This document shows positions 55,942-64,000 of a stretch of DNA of 64,000 nucleotides, piece after piece. The DNA is taken from the NCBI GenBank assembly GCA_951406725.2, contig OX597829.1, forward strand, positions 17,794,001 through 17,858,000, in the 5' to 3' direction. The position numbers and the translations under genes were made by a program. The notes under the pieces were generated by a model. It had not been told where the DNA came from and ran no database searches. It saw only the letters and a list, made by a program, of their open reading frames with translations. Within the stretch, counting starts at the first letter, position 1; every line of letters begins with the position of its first letter. The stretch is from Octopus vulgaris. Its lineage: Eukaryota.

Positions 55942-57272
55942 TGTTGACAATGCATAGAATGCACCACCCTAAGGCAGATACAGAACGACTCTATCTGCCA
56001 AGAAAAGAGGGAGGCCGTGGTCTTTTGCAACTGGCAATAACAATGAAGATTGCTACAATTGGCCTAGACACCTACCTGAAAAACTCTGAGGACTGGATGC
56101 TAAAACTTGTCTCAAAACATGAAAACAAGAAAGCATCATACTCAGTCACAAAACAGGCAAAGTAATATCTAAGTGAATTCCGAATACAACCAATTTCGGA
56201 ATTAGAGATAGATATACAAGAAACAAGCACAGAAAAAGCTAGGCGCATGAAAACCCGTGCCAAAACTGCGGCCTTAGATATTCTGAATAATAAATGGCAA
56301 GAAAAACCTCCCTATGGCAAATACCCAAAGAGAGCGAATAATGCAGATATCGACAAAGCCCTGACCCATCAATGGCTAATGGCCTCTGGCTTAAAATCTG
56401 AAACAGAGGGGTTTATCATAGCAGCTCAAGATCAATGCCTACCAACAAGAAACTACCAGGCCAACATATTAAAGATCAGAAGCAGTCCAACGTGTCGTGT
56501 ATGCAAGCAACAAAATGAAACCATTGACCATGTGGTCTCCAAGTGCAGTCTTCTAGCGCCTACAGAGTATCTCAACAGGCACGATAGAGCTGCACAATAT
56601 ATTCACTGGGTAATCTGTAAAAACCTGGATTTGCCCCATGAAAAAAACTGGTGGGAACACAAACCACCCCCAGTGCTTGAAAATGACCACATCTCACTCC
56701 TCTGGAACTTCACCATTCAAACTGACAGGAAGATAGATGCAAATAGGCCAGACATCATATTGAAAATCTTCAAACAAAGAACATGCCTCCTCATTGATAT
56801 GACTGTCCCAATCGATATAAACGTATCTGTCAAGACCTACAAAAAACTGAGCAAATATAAAGATCTTGAAATAGAAATCAGCAAAATGTGGAAGCTGAAG
56901 ACTAAAACAATACCTGTTGTCATAGGTGCCCTGGGAATGATAGCAAAAGGGGCTGATAGCTACCTAACTCAGATACCAGGAAACCCAAAAATGGCAGAAG
57001 TTCAAAAGATAGTGCTCATGGGAACTGCTCATATCCTACGCAAAATACTCTCTATGTAATCTCAAGGTTTAAAACAAACATAATTTTCGGTTTAAAAAAA
57101 AAAAAAAAAAAAAATTTTTTTTTTAGACATTCATTAGTACAACATCCCCACCCCCAAATATATGGCACACTAGGCATAACAACAACATGAACTTCCAACC
57201 CTGTTGTCTCTTGAGGTCTCTGGGTGAGACTTGGAGCCAACTTGTACAAATATAAAGCAAAAGTCAAACATA

Positions 57273-57273
<1 letters not shown>
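55941..57273 (+). mobile_element. Young 5'-truncated R4/Dong-like REL LINE in (AAT)n
   Basis: Single frame 55944-57059 with one stop (56163): HPKADTERLYLPRKEGGRGL, CCHC CRVC..ETIDHVVSKC, RHD, RPD, KLSKY; 3' UTR then (AAT)n. Confidence 0.95.
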
Positions 57274-58006
<733 letters not shown>

Positions 58007-58384
58007 GATAATAATGATAATAATAAATGCCCTGATGCAGTACCAGGCAGTGGTTCTCATGGCTTCTGATCTTAACTGATTGGAAGTGTTATCATGTACA
58101 TTGTTTTGTCTTGGTATAAAAGATGGGCTACAACAAATATTTTGCTCAATACCACAGATTTGCGTGTCAGTTGTTTGACCTTAACCAGTTGACCATATCC
58201 CTTAGTGGCTGACGATATGTGCATCACTGATCAGAAGCAGAAGAAGTTGGGGAGCATCATAGCCATGTGTTGAGAGGGATTCTTTAGGGTTTGGATAGTT
58301 CACCTTTGGAAATATGAGTGTTTTGTTCATCATCCTTAAACGACACTTATTCAGGTCATGCGCTGTTTATCTTGATATGAGATA

Positions 58385-59600
58385 GAAGGTGAGGGTGAGC
58401 TAGTTAAGAAGCTAGAAGAGGCGATTAGAAGTGGCATCGTATCCGAGGGGATGCGGACTGGAGGTGTCGGCTCACATTGGTTTGCCGGACCTCCACAGGA
58501 TTGCAGAGAAGTTGGTGTTGCCGGACGAGACAAGGTTGAGAGTTGTGGTGGAGAGAGATCCCATGTGCTATCAATGTGGAGTAAGGGCAAACATGAAAGC
58601 TAAATGTCCCCAGAAGCGCAAAGAGGAGGTGATAGTGAGGGAACGTCAGGAGGAGGGGGTCAACCGTAGAGAAGCAAAAAATGGACGAACAGTATACAGT
58701 GGTGAGGAGGAAGAAATGTAACACGCACTCACCACCAGGGGGGGGGTCATAGAAGGAAAGGAGGGGGAAGTGGAGAGGGGACTCAGAGTGGAAAGCAAGG
58801 AAAGGCGAACGAGCAAAGAAAGAATGAGGGCTCAACACATGTAAGTGACAAAGTCGAGGAGCTAATACAGAGACCATTATCAGCATCTAGCAAGGAGGAG
58901 AAGGTACAAAAGAAGTGGGGATGAAAGGGAGATGATAGCAACAAAGAATGAGAGACATACGGAGATGGGAATGCCTGAAACAGTAGGGAGGGGTATTGGA
59001 GAGGGAAGGCGGAGAGTGATATCAGAAGGGAAAAAATATAGGAACTATGATACAGTGCACAAAAGGTGTGGAGATGGAGAGGAAGATTGCGAAGATGAAG
59101 AACGTAATGGGAATTAAATTGGCGCCCATAGAGTGCAATGTAGGTGTGAAAGCTGTTCTGCTGGAAAGATAAAGAGGAGAAAGGTTGAAGGAATTGTTTG
59201 GAGAAAAGATAGAAATGACAATGGTACAGTTTCGTTTCGATGAGTTGCCGCCGGGGGTGGCATTCGAGGATTTATTGGATTATATGGTGCAAATACTGAC
59301 TTGGTGTATTTTTCTTTTTTTTTTAATGGGAAACCAACAGATACAAGACAGGATGTTGAACTGTTAGTAAAACTTTATTTAAAAACAGTAAAATGAAACT
59401 GCCTGATTATAGGGGGGGCAGGTAAATCGTTCCATCCTCATTTTTCATTGTATCCATAATTTCATATATGTGTTTTTATGTACCCCATAGTATTGTATTG
59501 TAAGTTCTTGTACTGTCCCCCTCTCTATAGGTCCCCTCTCTATAGGTCCCCTCTATATAGGTCCCCTCTCTAGAGGAGCCATGTGCTCAATAAAAGAAAT
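58385..59600 (+). mobile_element. Degenerate ORF1-like (zinc knuckle) retroelement with a LINE-type 3' end and no RT
   Basis: RLRVVVERDPMCYQCGVRANMKAKCP (CCHC-like); ends GAGC-CATGT-GCTC-AATAAAAGAAAT after about four 15-bp GTCCCCTCTCTATAG repeats. Confidence 0.55.
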
Positions 59601-59672
59601 TAGGACGTTGGTGTTGCCTTGGCTGGGGTTTGCGCTCTTTGAGTGCTCGTTATTATTAGAATTATAAATAAG

Positions 59673-59911
59673 GGTATCTGCGACATACCACCATGCCTGA
59701 AATAGCAGTCAAAATCTGGCTCTAAAACCACATCATGTATTCAATACAGCACAAGGGGAAAAGACACAGATAGATAGATAAACTAGTAAAGAAATTTTTT
59801 CTAGTTTGTTATCTATTTGTTTTTCCACCTTGTACTGTATTGAATACATGATGTGGTTTTAGAGTCAGATTTTGACGGCTATTTCAGGCATGGTGGTATG
59901 TCGTAGATACC
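59673..59911. repeat. ~240-bp near-perfect palindrome
   Basis: GGTATCTGCGACATACCACCATGCCTGAAATAGC... pairs with ...GCTATTTCAGGCATGGTGGTATGTCGTAGATACC. Confidence 0.92.
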
Positions 59912-59934
59912 TTTATATATATATATATATATAG

Positions 59935-60886
59935 GTGAGAAAGTTGGTGTGTGAAAGCACGTGGTTGAATATATAGAAAATAGTAAAAAGTGAAAAAACT
60001 ACAGAAGGCTTATTTTAAAAGGTTAAAAAATATATATTTGAGTCATTATGTCAGAAGAATGTTATAAATTTTTTTCATACAATGACATAGTTTTTGAAGA
60101 AATGACCGGTTTCGCGTTCAGCTTTTCAAATTTCTTACATCGTTATGTTTTCGTTGAGAAGTGTAAAAAGGAGTTCCAGGTAAGGGGAGGTAATAAGTGA
60201 TTTCTTCCGGTGTAAGGGAGATAATCGCTTAATATTTCTTGCCTTTTTTATGGGGTGAGTTTCTCTGTATAAGAATGTTGGAGTGGTTAAGTTTGGGCTT
60301 ATATTTTTCAATGAAGAATGTTTCCTTGTTTAGTCTAATTTGTGTTGGTGTTCCGATAGCACATTGGTAAAATGGAAAGATTAAAAATTGTGGTAGTAGT
60401 TGCTTTGCGCATTTCTCAATGTGCTCACTAAAGGGTATCATTCTGTATTCTGGAAATGCAATCTGTTGTCGATGCAGTGTGCATCTACGTCTGAGTGATA
60501 GTTCCGTGGACCCCACGTAGTTTTGGTGGCAGCCCGAGCATCTTATGACATAAATTATGTTTTCAGAGGCACAAGTAAAATTAGATTTGATCTTGAATTT
60601 CTGTCCCTCTTTGAAGAGGAATTCTGATCCTTCTAGCAGGTTTGGACATGTTGCACAGTTCGGTCTACCACATTTTTTACTTTTGCATCCGTAATTTCAG
60701 AAAATAATTTTGCCTTTGTGAGAATCTTTTTAAGTGATTTAGGTTGTTTGTAGCTTTTAATGATTTGGTGTATGTTTAGAATTTCCTTTAATTTGGGGTC
60801 AGGACCCCAAATTAAAGGAAATTCAAATATATATTTTTAACCTTTTAAAACAAGCCTTCTGTAGTTTTTTCACTTTTTACTATTTT
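59935..60886 (-). mobile_element. 5'-truncated Neptune-type Penelope element with GIY-YIG endonuclease, 3' pLTR and an inverted pLTR fragment
   Basis: KSYKQPKSLKKILT, CGRPNCATC, FTCASENIIYVIRCSGCHQNYVGST, ETFFIEKYKPKLN; one frameshift; 59977-60041 is inverted at 60822-60886. Confidence 0.93.
60097..60136 (-). ncRNA. pLTR minimal hammerhead with a U3:A8 core and GUC site
   Basis: Reverse complement: aagaaat-TTGAAAA-GC(TGAAC)GC-GAA-ACCGGT-C-atttctt; directly 3' of the GIY-YIG ORF on the same strand. Confidence 0.8.
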
Positions 60887-60902
60887 ATATATATATATAT
60901 AT

Positions 60903-61092
60903 ATGGGACAAGAACTCAAAACATCCGGACAACTTGGTGATACAAAAAGGGACAACAAAACATCCAGATAGGCGATACAAAAAAACAAGGACGGGTCATT
61001 CGTTTTTTTTTTTTTGTATCGTCTATTCTGGATGTTTTGTTGTCCCTTTTTGTATCACCTAGTTGTCCGGATGTTTTGCGTTCTTATCCCAT
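60903..61092. repeat. Inverted repeat with ~83-bp arms between (TA)n tracts
   Basis: ATGGGACAAGAAC.CAAAACATCCGGACAAC... pairs with ...GTTGTCCGGATGTTTTG.GTTCTTATCCCAT. Confidence 0.9.
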
Positions 61093-61106
61093 TTTGTATT
61101 TTATTA

Positions 61107-61161
<55 letters not shown>

Positions 61162-61180
61162 CGGCGTACGTAAACTTTGT

Positions 61181-61264
<84 letters not shown>

Positions 61265-61343
61265 TATGCATGTGTATGTGTTACTTGTGTGTGTGTGTGT
61301 AGTATTAATAAAATAGATGGTATGTGTAATAGACTCTATTGGG

Positions 61344-61382
61344 TACAACAGATGTTTCGACCGTTCTAGGTCTCTTCAGGTA
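61344..61382 (-). ncRNA. Type I hammerhead with canonical core
   Basis: Reverse complement: tac-CTGAAGA-GACC(TAGAAC)GGTC-GAA-ACATCTGT-T-gta. Confidence 0.78.
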
Positions 61383-61718
61383 GATCAATAATTGTTAAAG
61401 AGGATAACAAACGCTAGGGAAAGACAAACCTCTCAAGTCATTTACGTTATTATTGTTGGACATCCCAGAGTATGGGATATTCCGTCATCGGAAGCAAATA
61501 GGGAAAATGAGAAGGGTATAGATTAATGAAATGGTGACATGGAGCACAGGAGAAAACGAATGAGATGAAGTAAGGGAAGAAAAAAGAAGGGTCGTTTTTT
61601 TATGTTGCTTATCATTTGTTTCTTTTGTTGTTTGAAAAAAGTTCGTATTCAATGTTTTCGTATTTCGTATTTCATGTTGTTTACGTTTTGTGGTGTCCTG
61701 TACCCATAAATGCATGTG

Positions 61719-61769
<51 letters not shown>

Positions 61770-62128
61770 GGTGGTATAGTAGCTTGCTAACCAACCACAC
61801 GGTTGCGGGTTCAGTCCCACTGCGTGGCATCTTGGGCAAGTGTCTTCTGCTATAGCCTCGGGCCGACCAATGCCTTGTGAGTGGATTTGGTAGACGGAAA
61901 CTGAAAGAAGCCTGTCGTATATATGTATATATGTGTATACGTGTGTGTGTTTGTGTGTCTGTGTTTGTCCCCCTAGCATTGCTTGACAATCGATGCTGGT
62001 GTGTTTACGTCCCCGTCACTTAGCGGTTCGGCAAAAAGAGACCGATAGAATAAGTACTAAAAGGTGGTACTCCAGCATGGCCGCAGTCAAATGACTGAAA
62101 CAAGTAAAAGAGTAAAGAGTAAAAGAGT
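61770..62128 (+). mobile_element. tRNA-SINE family B, near full length
   Basis: Matches 13762-14185 with an internal deletion. Confidence 0.88.
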
Positions 62129-62283
62129 ATATATGTATGTATGCATATATATTTATATATTATTTATATTATATGATTGAACGCCACGCATCCATTTCGA
62201 AGTAAGTTTTATATACATATATATGTATGTATGAATGTATGTATGTATATATTATATATGTATGTATGTATATACATATGTAA

Positions 62284-62409
<126 letters not shown>

Positions 62410-62424
62410 GTATATATATGTATG

Positions 62425-62507
<83 letters not shown>

Positions 62508-62628
62508 ATATATAACTTCAAGTCTCTCCTTATGCCTTTTTCTCTACCTCCTCTGTCACTTTCTCTCCGTCTTCCTCTCTTATCATCATCTTCATGTTGT
62601 TGTTGTTGTTTCGTGGTGGTCGTGGTGG

Positions 62629-62663
<35 letters not shown>

Positions 62664-63000
62664 GAAGTGTTGGTGTTCGTGGTGGTGGTGGTGGTGGTGA
62701 GAATGACGGTAGGTAAAAGGAGGTGTTAGTGATGGAGCTAGTCGCGATGGTAGTGGTGCTGGTGTTCAAGTAAGCGACTGATTAAGTCAACCAACCAAGC
62801 ATGTTTCTTTTTTTTGTAAAAGTGTCATTCGTCAAAACTGTCAGCCCTCCACTAACACTCATGATTTTTTGGAGAAGATTTTGGCTCTAACATCAGCTTT
62901 TTGATTAAAGAAATTGCTCGGCAATTGCCGTGACTCAAGATTGGACTCCGGTACACGCTACTTTGGGAAAGTACCTTCCACTTTAGACTCCAATTAACCA

Positions 63001-63236
63001 ATACCTATTTCTTTACTACCCACAAGGGCCTAAACACAGAGAGGACAAACAAGGACAGACAAACGGATTAAGTCGATTACATCGACCCCAGTGCGTAACT
63101 GCTACTTATTTAATCGACCCCCGAATGGATGAAAGGCAAAGTCGACCTCGGCGGAATTTGAACTCAGGACGTAACGGCAGACGAAATACGGCTACGCATT
63201 TCGCCCGGCGTGCTAACCGTTTCCGCCAGCTCGCCG
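63001..63236 (-). mobile_element. tRNA-SINE family A, full length
   Basis: CAATTAACCAATACC duplicated on both sides. Confidence 0.9.
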
Positions 63237-63379
63237 TCAATTAACCAATACCATATGAATGAAATTTGGCATATGGAGACTGTGCGGAACATAATTGTGT
63301 GTGTATACATGTGTATACATGTGTATATACGTGTATGTTTTTTGTGTGTGTATGTATGCGTATGTATGTATCTTGACAT

Positions 63380-63920
63380 TTAGTTCCCTTGCGCCTCGAC
63401 CTAAACGTGTGTTGTATTGATGAATGTTTCGACCCCACCTTCGTCACCTGAAAACAACTTAAATTCCTCTTCCTCTTTTACTTTAACTCACATCTCCTTA
63501 GAATTCCCTTCCTCTATTCCTGATACCTATTTCTTTACTACCCCTAAGGGGCTAAATACAGAGAGGACAAACAAGGATAGATAGACGGATTAAGTCGATT
63601 ACATCGACCCCAGTGCGTAACTGGTACTTAATTTATCGACCCCAAAAGGATGAAAGGCAAAGTCGACCTCGGCGGAATTTGAACTCAGAACGTAGCGGCA
63701 GACGAAATACCGCTCAACATTTCGCCCGACGTGCTAACGATTCTGCCAGCTCGCTTTCTCAACATCCCTGTTAACTTCCACCACTCTAACTACATCCATT
63801 TTGTTAAAAACTGACCGATTCTCACTCACGACTATTTTGACTTGCCCTCCTTCTAACTCACTCTGGCCAAACACTCCATTCCCTTCTCTTAATTTCTCCG
63901 ACCATCTCCTCCGAAGCCGC
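63380..63920 (+). mobile_element. Very decayed Penelope-like RT fragment interrupted by SINE A (63522-63754, -)
   Basis: CIDECF (YIDDC-like), TDSHS and SIPFS*FLR pieces; similar to 17282-17578. Confidence 0.55.
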
Positions 63921-64000
63921 CAAACATGATTTTCAGACACGGTCTCAATACATAATTAAACACTTTAGTTTAAGTGGCTGCATTTCATCAACAAGCACCA

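Noticed and set aside
59516-59573. 15-bp direct repeats as a CRISPR-like array
   Set aside because: Contiguous tandem units without spacers, eukaryotic context, no cas genes
61458-61491. CCGATGA plus a strong hairpin on the minus strand
   Set aside because: GAAA half of the core is absent; at most a decayed relic
63420-63450. GTGACGA..GAAAC on the minus strand
   Set aside because: Weak helices; coincides with plus-strand PLE RT coding remnant, so probably chance

Overview
Eukaryotic, gene-free 64-kb window made of microsatellites ((TA)n, (TATG)n, (CA)n, (GATA)n, (AAT)n) and transposon relics. The repeat repertoire points to an Octopus-like cephalopod (inference). No intact host gene or exon can be supported, and nearly all listed ORFs are microsatellite or SINE artefacts. 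Supported contents: a decayed Ty3/gypsy element (7060-8960) whose post-LTR sequence is complementary to its own LTR rather than to a tRNA (Tf1-like self-priming signature); four Penelope-like (PLE) coding fragments; five or more R4/Dong-like REL LINE fragments, most sitting in (AAT)n; Tx1/L1-like fragments; an internally deleted mariner; three GG..CC-ended MITE families with 8-bp TSDs (Merlin-like), two carrying telomere-like cores; and several tRNA-SINE families. The most notable unannotated layer is about 15 minimal type-I hammerhead-ribozyme-like motifs from many unrelated short repeats. They have palindromic helix III and show compensatory changes at the catalytic 3:8 pair (C:G, U:A, G:C) and in helix I. 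All structures were read by eye; none has been folded computationally or tested.
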